The notes below the pieces were generated by a model. The model ran no database searches and had not been told where the DNA came from. It saw only the letters and a list, made by a program, of their open reading frames with translations. Made by a program: the position numbers and the translations under genes. Below, piece by piece: positions 31,238 through 42,007 of a stretch of DNA of 64,000 nt. Numbering within the stretch: the stretch's first letter is position 1; every line of letters begins with the position of its first letter. The DNA is from Smithellaceae bacterium (GTDB taxonomy: Bacteria; Desulfobacterota; Syntrophia; Syntrophales; Smithellaceae): the NCBI GenBank assembly GCA_963667845.2, contig CAXXVL010000001.1:864001-928000 (forward strand), read 5' to 3'.

Positions 31238-31631
31238 TGAGTCCTCTTTTATCGGGTCACGCTTAATGTGTCTTGATTATCCCGGCGATGCAAATGCAGG
31301 AATTTACCATCCCGTACGAAGCTGACCCGCATCACTCCAGAAAATGTAATGCAGGTCGCGATTACTTTGATACGCAGTGCATTTGTGATCTTAAATTGTT
31401 TCTTGAATCAAATTTTCAATACCAGAGCCTTTCATTAAAATCAAGTTTTGCGCAAATGGATCATCAAAAGACGTAATTCGCAAAAGGGCGGGAGCGAATA
31501 TTCATGCCGGAAGGCCAAACGCAAATTCAGCGAGTGCGCCTGCCCCCGGCAATTCCTGAAAAGCAGACACCTTTGGATTGTTTGATCCCGCGACGTGACC
31601 GGCAATTTCTCCTCAAAAAATTGTTATGCAA

Positions 31632-31728
31632 TCAACCACCTCGCAGCAAGCTGTCGCGGCATGAAATGAAAGTCATTATTTCACACCAAGCTGCGGAGAA
31701 TTACGCTCGTCCCGCAGAGCGGGATTAA
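31632..31728 (+). repeat. Dispersed ~97-bp palindromic element, copy 2
   Basis: Inverted homolog of 3004-3100. Confidence 0.75.
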
Positions 31729-31761
31729 GAAACAAACGGAGCTTATCAGATTTAGATTTTA

Positions 31762-31777
31762 AAAACAAACGTATGTA
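31762..31777. promoter_or_regulatory. Putative TetR operator, second copy
   Basis: AAAACAAACGTATGT is identical to 23359-23373 and lies between the divergent TetR and acyl-CoA ligase genes. Confidence 0.5.
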
Positions 31778-31975
31778 TTAAATAATCTTGTATGTATTTG
31801 ATATATATATGAATATTTAAATCAAAAATGTATTGAATATAAAATTATTATTGTGTATTAGTGAGGGCGGGATGGACAGGATAAAACAAATTCCGCCACT
31901 TCCTTAGCGGATATTTACTGAATAATTATCTCGATGAGCATAGATAAACAAATTTTTTAAAGGAGGTACCACATT

Positions 31976-33637
31976 TTGGAAGCAAAACCTTGGTTAAGTT
32001 GTTACGATTACAATGTCCCGAAAACGATCCAGTATCCGAAGATTCCAGTACAGCAGCTTGTGCACCTTGCCGCCGCTACGTTCCCCCACAAGGCCGCAAC
32101 AAATCTATATGGATCCAAGATGACGTTCCGTCAAATCCGTTCTCAGGTTCTGCGCCTGGCAAACGCGTTGATCAAATTCGGCGTAAAAAAGGGCGATCGC
32201 GTCGGGCTCGCCCTTCCCAATTGTCCCCAGTACATCGTCGCTTACTATGCTGCCCTGTCCGCCGGTGCGATCGTCGTGAATATGAATCCGATGTATACGC
32301 ACGACGAATTAAAATTCATGATGGAGAATTCAGGACTGGAGACTCTCTTCACCTTTGATACGGTTTTGCCAGTGATGCGGCCGCTGGCAAAAGAGCTGGG
32401 ATTGAAGAATGTCGTTATCACGAAGGTGACGGACTATATCCAGGGTCTGCCGGTAAGCTCCGCCAAAAGCCTGGAGTTGGAAGCCCGATGGCATCATTTT
32501 TCGGAACTGGTTGAAAGCAGCACCGACGAGAGCATGCCTAAAGTAGTCGTCAATTCCGAAGATCCCGCTCTGATCCAGTTTACGGGCGGAACGACAGGAT
32601 TGCCGAAAGGCGCCCTGTTGACTCACGGCAACGTTATCGCCGCAACCTTACAGGGCACACTCTGGGGAAATTCGATTACGACGTATGTTCCCCATGCCCA
32701 GCGGTCCGTTATCGGCGCCATTCCCTATTTCCACATATACGGAAACACCTTCTCAATGAACTGGGGCATGTTCAATGCCGCCACGCAGGTGCTGTTCCCG
32801 AGATTCGACCTGGAAGAATTCATGAGTGTTATCGCCACCGTCGATGAAATCACATATTTCCCCGCCGTACCCACGATGGTGACCGCCATTGTCAGCCATC
32901 CCAAGACCGCGGAACTTGACCTGGGATCGCGCATCCGGCTTTTAAGCACAGGCGGCGCTCCCATGCCCGTTGAGCTGATCCAGAAAGTCAAGGATATGGG
33001 CATCTTCTTCAATGAAGGATGGGGAATGAGTGAAACCACTTCGGCGGGTATCAGCATTCCGATTCTCCGTCATAAGCCGGGCTCCATCGGCTGTCCGGTT
33101 CCCGACAACGAGATCCGCCTGGTGGATTTGGAGACGGGAACGAAGGATGTCAAGCAAGGCGAGCCGGGTGAAATTCTGATTAAAGGGCCCTCCGTTATGA
33201 AAGAGTACTGGAATAATCCCGCTGAAACGGCAAACCAGCTCAAAGACGGCTGGCTCTCCACCGGTGATATCGCTCAGATGGATGAGGACGGTTATTTCTA
33301 TATCGTCGACCGGAAGAAGGATATGATCATTGCCGGCGGGTTCAATATTTATCCCAGGGAAGTTGACGAGGTTCTGTATCAGCATCCCAAGATCGCCGAA
33401 GCGGTGTCTGCCGGTGTTCCGGATGCCTACCGCGGCGAAACCGTCAAAGCATTCATCGTGCTGAAACCGGGCATGGAGGCAACCGACAAAGAAATTATCG
33501 CTTTCTGCAAAGAGAAGCTTGCGCCTTACAAAGTGCCGAAACTGATAGAATTCCGCAAGGAACTTCCGAAGTCCGCCGTCGGCAAAATTCTGCGCAAGAT
33601 TCTGCGCGACGAAGAAATGGCGAAAAGCAAGAAATAA
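31976..33637 (+). CDS. fadD: Long-chain fatty acid-CoA ligase
   Basis: FTGGTTGLPKG AMP-binding loop, EGWGMSE, TGDIA, DRKKD, PKSAVGK. Confidence 0.9.
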   Translation: MEAKPWLSCYDYNVPKTIQYPKIPVQQLVHLAAATFPHKAATNLYGSKMTFRQIRSQVLRLANALIKFGVKKGDRVGLALPNCPQYIVAYYAALSAGAIVVNMNPMYTHDELKFMMENSGLETLFTFDTVLPVMRPLAKELGLKNVVITKVTDYIQGLPVSSAKSLELEARWHHFSELVESSTDESMPKVVVNSEDPALIQFTGGTTGLPKGALLTHGNVIAATLQGTLWGNSITTYVPHAQRSVIGAIPYFHIYGNTFSMNWGMFNAATQVLFPRFDLEEFMSVIATVDEITYFPAVPTMVTAIVSHPKTAELDLGSRIRLLSTGGAPMPVELIQKVKDMGIFFNEGWGMSETTSAGISIPILRHKPGSIGCPVPDNEIRLVDLETGTKDVKQGEPGEILIKGPSVMKEYWNNPAETANQLKDGWLSTGDIAQMDEDGYFYIVDRKKDMIIAGGFNIYPREVDEVLYQHPKIAEAVSAGVPDAYRGETVKAFIVLKPGMEATDKEIIAFCKEKLAPYKVPKLIEFRKELPKSAVGKILRKILRDEEMAKSKK

Positions 33638-33991
33638 TCCGGATCAGGAAATAGCTTGATGTTTATCCCCTCCTTGGAGAAAACCAGGGAGGGGATACCG
33701 ACCCGTGAGGATGTTCCGTTTGCGGGTGATCGAGTCAGTGAGGGAAAAGAAGAAAGAAGAGGAGCTGAAGAGAATCCCCTGCCTGGGGGTGGCCAAAACC
33801 ACTGAAGGGATTTGAGGCGGAAAAAAGCGTTCAGCGGCAAGGCAAAATGAAATCGTTTGACAGAAGAACTAATCGATGATTCGATTCAGCAGGTAGACTC
33901 GGAAGGGCAGGTTGTGAGACCTGTCCTTCCCGTTGTTTCAAACTGCCTGATGTCTGCCACAGTCTTGAAAATAAACCTTAAGGAGTAGAAT

Positions 33992-35533
33992 ATGATCAAA
34001 ACAGTAGAACAGTATTTGGAAAGCTTGAATGACGGCCGGGAAGTCTGGTGCCTGGGAGAAAAGGTTAAGGATGTCCGAACCCATCCAAGCGTGAGCACCA
34101 TCATCAGAACGGCGACCATGGACTATGTCCTGCCCAACCATCCCGATTATCGGCATCTCTTTGTGACCAAAGACAAAGACGGCGAGGACATCAATTTCCT
34201 GCTCACCTCTCCGAGAACGTCGGAAGAAATGCTCCGAAGGCGGGAATGCTACACCGTCGGCATCCGGTCCGGCGGCGGCGTGATTGTGCACTGCATGGGT
34301 GCTGATGCGCTGGCAGCCTTTTCCGTTGCCGCCCAGGTCATGGACAAGAACCTGGGGACTGGATACATAGAGCGCGTCGAGAATTACCGCAGATATCTGC
34401 AGAAGAACGACTTGGCCATCACCGGCGCGATCACCGATGTCAAGGGAGACCGAAGCCTCCATCCTTCAAAACAGAAGCAACACCAGGACTTTTACCTGAA
34501 GATCGTGGACAGACGGAAGGATGGCATTGTGGTTCGGGGTGCCAAAGTGCATATCAGCGCCTCTCCCTGCGCCAATGAACTCCTCTGCCTGCCCTGCCGA
34601 ACGCATGGTGAGGCGGACAAGGACTATGCCCTGGGCTTTGCTGTATCCGTTAACACGCCCGGTGTCAAACTTTTAGGCGTCGAGCCGAACTTCCGGCTTT
34701 ACGGAGACGAGTGCGAATTTGACTATCCCGTTTCGGACCATATGCAACCGTCAGAATCCCTGATCATCTTCGACGACGTCTTCGTACCCTGGGAACGGGT
34801 CTTCATGTGCGGCGAGTGGCAGTACTCCCAGGTCCTGGCCTATGCCTTCGCCAGTTATCACCGCCTCTTCGGCACCTGCAAAATGACGGGGACCCTCGAA
34901 ACCATGACCGGAGCAGCGAGTCTGATCGCCGAGTATAACGGCGTCCAGAATGTCCCGCACGTGCGCAAGAAGCTGGCCTGGATGGCCTATATTACGGAAA
35001 CGGTGCAGATGCTGGGCAAACAAGCCTGCCTCGAGCCGATGACCGAGTTCGGCATGGACGTGATGATGCCCAACCGTATGGCCATCAATGCGTCGAAGTT
35101 CACCTATGCGAGCAATATCCACACCATGTGCCAGCACATGCAGGATATCGGCGGCGGCTTGACCACGACGGTGCCGACTTTCCGGGACTGGAAAAATCCC
35201 GATATCCAGCCCTACATCGAAAAGTACCTGGCGGCCAAAGACGGCGTGTCCACGGAGGACCGGATTCGCATTTTGCGGCTCATCAAGGACATCACCGGGA
35301 ATCACTATCAGATCGACACCATTCACGGCGAAGGATCCATGGCTGCCCAGGAGATGTTCCTCTATACCAGCGCCAACTGGAAAAAGCTCCAATCGGCGGC
35401 GAAACGGGCGGCCCATGTCGACGGGTGGCAGGATGATTCCACCTATGGGAAGCTGCCGCTGAGGAAAGATTTTGTAAAAATGCCTCCCATTGATGAATCC
35501 TACAAAAGCTTTGCACCAACGGCAAAAAAGTAA
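33992..35533 (+). CDS. 4-hydroxybutyryl-CoA dehydratase/vinylacetyl-CoA isomerase (AbfD/HpaB family)
   Basis: YLESL, AITDVKGDRS, GIVVRGAKVH, FDDVFVPWERVF, YHR, HGEGS. Confidence 0.82.
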   Translation: MIKTVEQYLESLNDGREVWCLGEKVKDVRTHPSVSTIIRTATMDYVLPNHPDYRHLFVTKDKDGEDINFLLTSPRTSEEMLRRRECYTVGIRSGGGVIVHCMGADALAAFSVAAQVMDKNLGTGYIERVENYRRYLQKNDLAITGAITDVKGDRSLHPSKQKQHQDFYLKIVDRRKDGIVVRGAKVHISASPCANELLCLPCRTHGEADKDYALGFAVSVNTPGVKLLGVEPNFRLYGDECEFDYPVSDHMQPSESLIIFDDVFVPWERVFMCGEWQYSQVLAYAFASYHRLFGTCKMTGTLETMTGAASLIAEYNGVQNVPHVRKKLAWMAYITETVQMLGKQACLEPMTEFGMDVMMPNRMAINASKFTYASNIHTMCQHMQDIGGGLTTTVPTFRDWKNPDIQPYIEKYLAAKDGVSTEDRIRILRLIKDITGNHYQIDTIHGEGSMAAQEMFLYTSANWKKLQSAAKRAAHVDGWQDDSTYGKLPLRKDFVKMPPIDESYKSFAPTAKK

Positions 35534-35581
35534 TATACGCTCGCAGCGTTAAAATTTATTATCCATAAGGAGTACCGAACG

Positions 35582-37444
35582 ATGAGCAATTTGTTAGTGA
35601 ACACCAGAGATCAACAGTTTGTTTTGTTTGAGCAATTGGGCATTGAAAAGCTATTCGAGTATGAAGCATATAAAGATTTTTCGAAAGATGATCTGACGAT
35701 GATCTTGAATGAAGCCGAAAAGCTGGCCGTCAATGTACTCGCGCCGGCTTGCAAAGAAGGAGACGAAGAAGGCTGCCACATTAAAAACGGCGTCGTCAGC
35801 GTTCCCAAAGCTTTTCGCGAACCCTATAAAAAATACTGTGAAGGCGGCTGGATCAACCCGATGGATTCACCCGAAGTCGGCGGACAGGGCCTTCCCGCGG
35901 CCGTCGGTTTTGCCGCTATCGAATTCTTCGGAGCCGCCAACTACGCTTTTTCCATGTATCCGGGTCTCACGCATGGTGCCGCCACTCTCATTCACGCCTA
36001 TGGCACCGAGGAGCAGAAAAGAAAGTACATGGATAGAATGTTCTCCGGAGAATGGACGGGTACGATGTGCCTCACCGAGCCGGGTGCGGGCAGTGACGTC
36101 GGCGCGTTGAAGACTACCGCCAAGAAGCTGCCCGACGGCAAATACCTGATCACAGGTACCAAATGCTTTATCTCTGCGGGCGATCATGATCTGACACCGA
36201 ATATTATTCATCCGGTTCTCGCGCGCATCGAAGGCGATCCCGCCGGAACCAAGGGCATTTCCATTTTCATCGTTCCGAAGATTACGGTTAACGACGACGG
36301 GTCGCTTGGCGAATCCAATGATGTGAAAACAGGCGGCATTGAGCACAAGATGGGCATCAAGGGATCGGCGACTGCCACGCTGAACTTCGGCGAAGACGGA
36401 AAATGCGTCGGCGAACTTCTGGGTAATGAACGTGAAGGCATCAAGATCATGTTCATGATGATGAATGAAGCAAGGCTCGGAACGGGCATGCAGGGACTGG
36501 TTCTTTCCTCTGCCGCACTGGAACATGCAGTTTCCTATGCAAAAGAACGCGTTCAGGGAAATGCGATCTGGGACATGAAGAATCCCGATGCCAAACCGGT
36601 AACCATCATCAATCACCCCGATGTCCGCAGGAAGCTTTTGTGGATGAAATCTCACGTCGAAGGTTCACGCAGCCTTTGCTACTTCACAGCTTTCTGTATT
36701 GACATGGCAAAGGTCGCCAAAACGGAAGAGGAAAAAGCCAAGTGGGAAGGCCTGCTGGATCTCATGACACCGGTCGTCAAAGCCTGGACAACGGACAAGG
36801 GACTTCTGTCCTGCTCGCTGGCGATGGATGTTTACGGCGGCTATGGCTACTGCCAGGAATACCCGGTGGAACAGTATCTGCGCGATGAGAAGATCGCTAC
36901 CATTTATGAAGGAACCAACGGAATTCAGGCGCTCGATCTGGTCGGACGCAAACTCGGACAGCGCAAGGGCGCCAATGTGATGAATCTGGCGGGAATGATC
37001 CAGAAAACCATCGCTGATGCCAAGAAGAATCCGGAACTTGCCAAATACGCAGTCGTTCTGGAAGAAGCGTCCAACGCCTGTCTGGAACTCACCATGTTCT
37101 TTGCTCAGGCCGGAAAGTCGGGCAATTTCCTCTTACCGATTCTGAACGCCTGCAAGTTTCTGGAGATCTTCGGAGATGTCATCGTCGGTCATCTGCTTCT
37201 GGAGGCTGCCGGCACCGCTCATGGAAAGCTGGCCGCTATTTATGAGGCCAACGGCGCTGATTCCGCCGGCAAGCAGAAGGGCTTGCAGAAAAGCGACAGG
37301 GACGCCGCCTTCTACAGCGGCAGAATTGCTTCGGCTAAATTCTTCGCCAATGAAATTCTGACCACGGTGAAGGCCCGCTGCGAAGCCGTTAAGATGGATG
37401 AAAAATCCCCGCTCGAAATTACGGAAGAAGCTTTTGCCTGGTAG
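35582..37444 (+). CDS. Acyl-CoA dehydrogenase
   Basis: MCLTEPGAGSD, GTKCFIS, EHKMGIKGS, MNEAR, GGYGY, IYEGTNGIQA. Confidence 0.95.
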   Translation: MSNLLVNTRDQQFVLFEQLGIEKLFEYEAYKDFSKDDLTMILNEAEKLAVNVLAPACKEGDEEGCHIKNGVVSVPKAFREPYKKYCEGGWINPMDSPEVGGQGLPAAVGFAAIEFFGAANYAFSMYPGLTHGAATLIHAYGTEEQKRKYMDRMFSGEWTGTMCLTEPGAGSDVGALKTTAKKLPDGKYLITGTKCFISAGDHDLTPNIIHPVLARIEGDPAGTKGISIFIVPKITVNDDGSLGESNDVKTGGIEHKMGIKGSATATLNFGEDGKCVGELLGNEREGIKIMFMMMNEARLGTGMQGLVLSSAALEHAVSYAKERVQGNAIWDMKNPDAKPVTIINHPDVRRKLLWMKSHVEGSRSLCYFTAFCIDMAKVAKTEEEKAKWEGLLDLMTPVVKAWTTDKGLLSCSLAMDVYGGYGYCQEYPVEQYLRDEKIATIYEGTNGIQALDLVGRKLGQRKGANVMNLAGMIQKTIADAKKNPELAKYAVVLEEASNACLELTMFFAQAGKSGNFLLPILNACKFLEIFGDVIVGHLLLEAAGTAHGKLAAIYEANGADSAGKQKGLQKSDRDAAFYSGRIASAKFFANEILTTVKARCEAVKMDEKSPLEITEEAFAW

Positions 37445-37469
37445 GCTGTGATTCGACATCTTTTAAATT

Positions 37470-37508
37470 AAAAAAGGGGCTGCGGCTTTTTTCCGTAGCC
37501 CCTTTTTA
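37470..37508. terminator. Bidirectional intrinsic terminator
   Basis: A-run, ggggctgcgg...ccgtagcccc stem, T-run between convergent genes. Confidence 0.8.
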
Positions 37509-37574
37509 TGAGATGGAATGACTATCGTCAAAAAAGTGTCGATTGATCAACGGAAATCAAAAACACGCCCGCTT

Positions 37575-40500
37575 TCAGGCCGTCAGCATCCGGTAGATTC
37601 TGGTAATTTTTTCGGGCAGCTTGACCACGTCGTCGATGACTGTCCAGCTGCTGTGGCTGTACATGCGCGGCAGATATTCGGCGGCGGTTTTATCGACGGT
37701 GATGCAGAAGGTCTTGATGCCGAAATGCTGGGCTTCTTTCAGGGCCATGCGCGTATCCTCGATCGCATAGGTTCCGGAGTATTCCTTGTCCACCGGTTTG
37801 CCGTCGCTTAAGAGAATCATCAGTTTCGTTCTTTCCTGCCTGCGTCTTAACTTGCTGATGGTGTGCCGGATGGCCGTTCCGTCGCGGTTTTCGAAACGGT
37901 CCTCGATGGCGGAAATCCTTTTCTTGGTTTTCTCATCATAAGCGTCGTCGAAATCCTTGATGCGGTAGAAATCGACATTGTCGCGGTTGTCGCCGGAAAA
38001 TCCATAAATCGCGAAAGCGTCGCCGACTTCATGCAGGGCTTCCGACATGATAATCAATGATTCCTTTTCCCGTTCAATGGTCGCTCCTTTGGTGCTGCGG
38101 CTCATATCGATGAGGAAGGCGACCGCGATGTCGCGCTTTCTCTTTTGAATGAGGGTATAATTCTTTTCGGAGGGAGAAATGCCCGCCTTCTTATCCACCA
38201 GAAATTCCACCACGGCGTCCAGATCGATATCATCGCCGTCATACTGGCGCTTGAGTTTGGCGAAGCCCTCCGGCTTAAGCATCTGGAATTCACGCCGGAT
38301 CTTCTTCAGCAAGCCCGCATAGCGCTCGGCCGCATCGCGATAAAAATCCAGGGAGTTCCCCGCATGGGTTTGCTCACGGATTCTCGCCCAGTTCGCGCGA
38401 TAGTCATTAATGTCTTCACCCCATTCGTTATAAAGCGATGTTCCCCGTTCGCTCTGGAGTTCCGTTTTTTTATCGAGCGATGCTTCGAGACTGCGCATGA
38501 AAAGAAATACGTCATTCGGATGGAGCGCTTCCACACGCCGTTCGATTTCCCGGGGTGTGATTCCTTTTTCCTGATACACGGCCCTGAGCAGCCGTTCGAT
38601 TTTTTCCGGCGAGTCGTATTTCATGGCGTGATCAGTGTCGCCGGCCTCATCCCCGCGGCTTTCCGCAGAGCCTGCCTCCTGCTTCCCGCCGGCAGACGAG
38701 CCGCGGAAACTTTGCTGTTGCTCACCTGTCCGGTGGTGTCTTTCGGAGACATTATCAGCGTTCGGCCGTGTCTGGGTGGGGGTTGTATCGCTTTCCGGAT
38801 TGCTCTGCGCTTCCACCTGCGACCCGGACGACCTTTGCTGGGACGACTGTCGGCCCTGGAGACGATTCTGGATCTGCTGCGATGTTTTGCCGAAACTGCC
38901 GATGTTTTGCGAGACCATATCCTGATCCAGCGGTTTGGAGGTCGGTTTGATGGCCCGGTAGGGTTCCCGGAAAGCCTCATCAATCATTCTGTAAACGTCT
39001 GTTGCCAGGCGTGCAGCCGTATGGACATCCGCTTCCGGTCTTTGCAGGACACCTGACAGATCAAGTGTTTTCCGGAGGATCGGAATCGCAGGATCAATCG
39101 CATCGGAGAATACTTTTCCCGCCATTAAAGACTGGGCGATCATCTCCGCGGTCCGCTGCTTGGGGTTGGTCATTTTTCCGGGCGCGCGCCGCTTCAGGGT
39201 CATATGACGGTGCATGGCGGCAATGTCCTCACCCAGTGCCGGATATTCCCGTTTCAGAATGCATTCAATCCTGAAGTCCTCCAGCAGATTAAAAAGATCA
39301 TGTGCGAGATCCGGTTCCGGAAACAAACGGAAAAAGCGGTCGATATCGCTCTCATCTTCCACGACTTCCTTTTCTCCGTAATGCACTGCGATTTGGCCGA
39401 TTGTTTCATTTATTTTGACGATATCAAACTCAAAGCTCCCGTATTCCAGATGGGCTTCCTGGTGGGTAGCGGATACTTTATAGAGTCTGAAATTATCCTC
39501 TCGGTCCTGAAAATCCTTTATTCGTTTGGGAAGGTAAATTTTTCTGCCGTCCGTATAAACCGTCTCGGCCTCGGCAATTTCCACGCGGCGCCCCAGCAGG
39601 GCTCGCAGATAGGTGGATAAAACATGCTTGACGGTTTTGAGTTCCAGACCCTTGGGGATGCCTTCCATGAAATCGCTGAAGGCGGGCGAATCGCCCGTCA
39701 GAAAGGACAGCGCCTTTTCTTCGTCGTCTTTTGCCGTGCTTTCGACAAACGACGCAATCATGCCGAAGCCTTCCAATCCAACCCAGTTGATGAACTCGGG
39801 GCTTTTTTCAAGAAGCTTCACGGCAATTGCCGCGCTGGTCCGGGCCATCAGGGCAGCATACTTATAGACGCCATAAGCGATGGTTCGGTCCCCGGCACGA
39901 TTGAGTCTGTCAATCAGACGCGGACTCTTTTCCACGACGGTGACAGCAGCCCGCCAGTCTTTTTCCGCGATGGTCGAAGCGCAGTTAACAAGAATTTCCA
40001 GGCCCTCAAAGCCCATTTTATCAATGACGGCAGGGCTGACATCCAGAAGACGATTGGCGATTTTTCCACTGTTGTAAGTATTTTTGTTCATCAGAGCGGA
40101 CAGTTTGGAAAGCCCGTCCGCGCCGATCCTGGCCAGCAATCCGGGGCTTTTTTCCAGAAGCGTGGATGCGAGCATCCAATCGGAAGACGCCGCATCGTTG
40201 GCAAACGCATAAACACGTAGGGCCAGCGCAGCGCCGCCATGGGGCAGCAGGCGATCGATCAGGTCGGGACTCTTCTCCAGAATGCTTACGGCCCCGTAAC
40301 TATTCTGGCGGGCGACCAGACTTGCCAGAGAGGCTATCTGTTCCAGGCCGGCATAACCCACCCGTTCGATGATCGCAGGGCTTGTCTCCAGCAGACTGAC
40401 TGCTGTTGTCCAGCTCTCCAGACCTGCCCGGTGAGCCATATCCTCGATCTTTTCCAGGCCGTCATAACCGATCAGCCTGATGATCTCCGGGCTTTGGTTG

Positions 40501-41996
40501 AGTAGACTCAAAGCCATCCTGGCATTGTATTTTACGATACGGCCCCCGAGATGACAGACTTTTGTAATGAGCGATGGATCTCCAAGTTTCAGGAGCCTGT
40601 CGATGATCGAAGGACATTTATCCAGAAGGCCAACGGCCACCGACCAGCTTTCCTGGGCCAGCACAGAGGCGAAGTCGCCGATCATTTTCAGCCCGTCAAT
40701 TCCAATGCGGTCTATCAGATCGGGACTTTTCAAAAGAAGCCGGTCCGCCGTTTCCCAACTGCGGGAGGCTATGCCGATTCCCAGTGCGCCGATTTTCATC
40801 AATCCTGCCATCCCGGATTTCTCCAGAATGGCCGGGGCGATATCCAGAAACGTTACAGCCGCATTGTGGCTCAGGGAGGCCAAATCGCTCGCCATGTCCG
40901 CAATTTGAGCCAGGCCGTCGTCGTCTTGCCGCTGGGCCAGTTCGACGCTTGCAGTGATGAATCGGAGAGCAACCTGAGAACTGACGGGGGAGAGTTTTTG
41001 TCCGAGACGATAAATATTTTCCGTTCGTGTTGCGCCAAACCGGAGCTGCAGACGTTCCGCAGTTTCCGGGCTCTTCAATAACATGGCGACCGCGTTTTCC
41101 GGATTGTCTTTGGCCATGGCAAAAGCACATTGCCAGATTTCCTGCGCACCGTCCGGCCCAAGACGGTCAATCAGAGCGGGGGCGGTTTCCAGGAAGGTAT
41201 AGGCCATCCGGGCGCTGAAAGAAGATGCTTTTTCAGCGCGGTCGAGAAGCATTGCCGGTAGCCGTGCCCGTGTGCGCATGGCCGGTTTGTCCAGGATGAC
41301 CGGTATTTTTTCGATGAGGTCCATGGCGATATTCCAATCGTCCCGGGCCATCACGGAAGCCAGGCTGTATAAGGTCAGGCACGAAGGGCTATCCGCACCT
41401 GATTCCATCATCCGACCAATTCGGAAGAGGCTTTCTTCAACAACTTTAATGGAATGAGCCCAGCTGAAATGCGCGACCGTGGTGGCGAAGGCTGCCACTT
41501 TGCGCAGGCCTTCAAAACCAATCCGGCGAATAATGGCCGGGCTTTCCCCGACAACGCTCATTGCCGTCCGGACATTGACCTGCGCGACACTGCAGCCCAG
41601 GGCCGCGGTTTGGGTCAGGGTTTCGAAGTCATTTTCAGCCCCAAGGGTGGGACTGACTTCCAGAAAACGCACGGCAAGTGCGGTGCCGTATGGAATCATC
41701 TGATGAGCGATATCGACGACGTTCAGGAGGGTTTCATCGCCCGCAAGAAGAAGTTTGCCGATAATGTCCGGACATTCCTCAAGCAGGACAAAGGCGGCAC
41801 GGCGATCATTTTCGGCGATTCGGGTAATCATTGCCAGAATCAAATCAATGCTTCCTTCGCCGAAACGCTCGGCGACAGGAGCCAATGCCGCACCCAACCT
41901 GGCCATCAATTCATATCCGGCATCTTCAGCAAACGCTCCGGAGCCTTCGGTGAAGCCGGCATTTTTGATGATGTCTCTAATTCGATTGTCAGTCAT
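37575..41996 (-). CDS. NorD/CbbO-like VWA protein with a greatly expanded N-terminal helical repeat region (1473 aa)
   Basis: C-terminal MIDAS LIDMSRST, ENRDGTAIRH, LSDGKP; YTDGRKIYLP and LFNLLEDFRIE middle motifs; ~19 N-terminal 37-41 aa repeats. Confidence 0.88.
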   Translation of the reverse strand: MTDNRIRDIIKNAGFTEGSGAFAEDAGYELMARLGAALAPVAERFGEGSIDLILAMITRIAENDRRAAFVLLEECPDIIGKLLLAGDETLLNVVDIAHQMIPYGTALAVRFLEVSPTLGAENDFETLTQTAALGCSVAQVNVRTAMSVVGESPAIIRRIGFEGLRKVAAFATTVAHFSWAHSIKVVEESLFRIGRMMESGADSPSCLTLYSLASVMARDDWNIAMDLIEKIPVILDKPAMRTRARLPAMLLDRAEKASSFSARMAYTFLETAPALIDRLGPDGAQEIWQCAFAMAKDNPENAVAMLLKSPETAERLQLRFGATRTENIYRLGQKLSPVSSQVALRFITASVELAQRQDDDGLAQIADMASDLASLSHNAAVTFLDIAPAILEKSGMAGLMKIGALGIGIASRSWETADRLLLKSPDLIDRIGIDGLKMIGDFASVLAQESWSVAVGLLDKCPSIIDRLLKLGDPSLITKVCHLGGRIVKYNARMALSLLNQSPEIIRLIGYDGLEKIEDMAHRAGLESWTTAVSLLETSPAIIERVGYAGLEQIASLASLVARQNSYGAVSILEKSPDLIDRLLPHGGAALALRVYAFANDAASSDWMLASTLLEKSPGLLARIGADGLSKLSALMNKNTYNSGKIANRLLDVSPAVIDKMGFEGLEILVNCASTIAEKDWRAAVTVVEKSPRLIDRLNRAGDRTIAYGVYKYAALMARTSAAIAVKLLEKSPEFINWVGLEGFGMIASFVESTAKDDEEKALSFLTGDSPAFSDFMEGIPKGLELKTVKHVLSTYLRALLGRRVEIAEAETVYTDGRKIYLPKRIKDFQDREDNFRLYKVSATHQEAHLEYGSFEFDIVKINETIGQIAVHYGEKEVVEDESDIDRFFRLFPEPDLAHDLFNLLEDFRIECILKREYPALGEDIAAMHRHMTLKRRAPGKMTNPKQRTAEMIAQSLMAGKVFSDAIDPAIPILRKTLDLSGVLQRPEADVHTAARLATDVYRMIDEAFREPYRAIKPTSKPLDQDMVSQNIGSFGKTSQQIQNRLQGRQSSQQRSSGSQVEAQSNPESDTTPTQTRPNADNVSERHHRTGEQQQSFRGSSAGGKQEAGSAESRGDEAGDTDHAMKYDSPEKIERLLRAVYQEKGITPREIERRVEALHPNDVFLFMRSLEASLDKKTELQSERGTSLYNEWGEDINDYRANWARIREQTHAGNSLDFYRDAAERYAGLLKKIRREFQMLKPEGFAKLKRQYDGDDIDLDAVVEFLVDKKAGISPSEKNYTLIQKRKRDIAVAFLIDMSRSTKGATIEREKESLIIMSEALHEVGDAFAIYGFSGDNRDNVDFYRIKDFDDAYDEKTKKRISAIEDRFENRDGTAIRHTISKLRRRQERTKLMILLSDGKPVDKEYSGTYAIEDTRMALKEAQHFGIKTFCITVDKTAAEYLPRMYSHSSWTVIDDVVKLPEKITRIYRMLTA

Positions 41997-42007
41997 TCAT
42001 TCACCGG

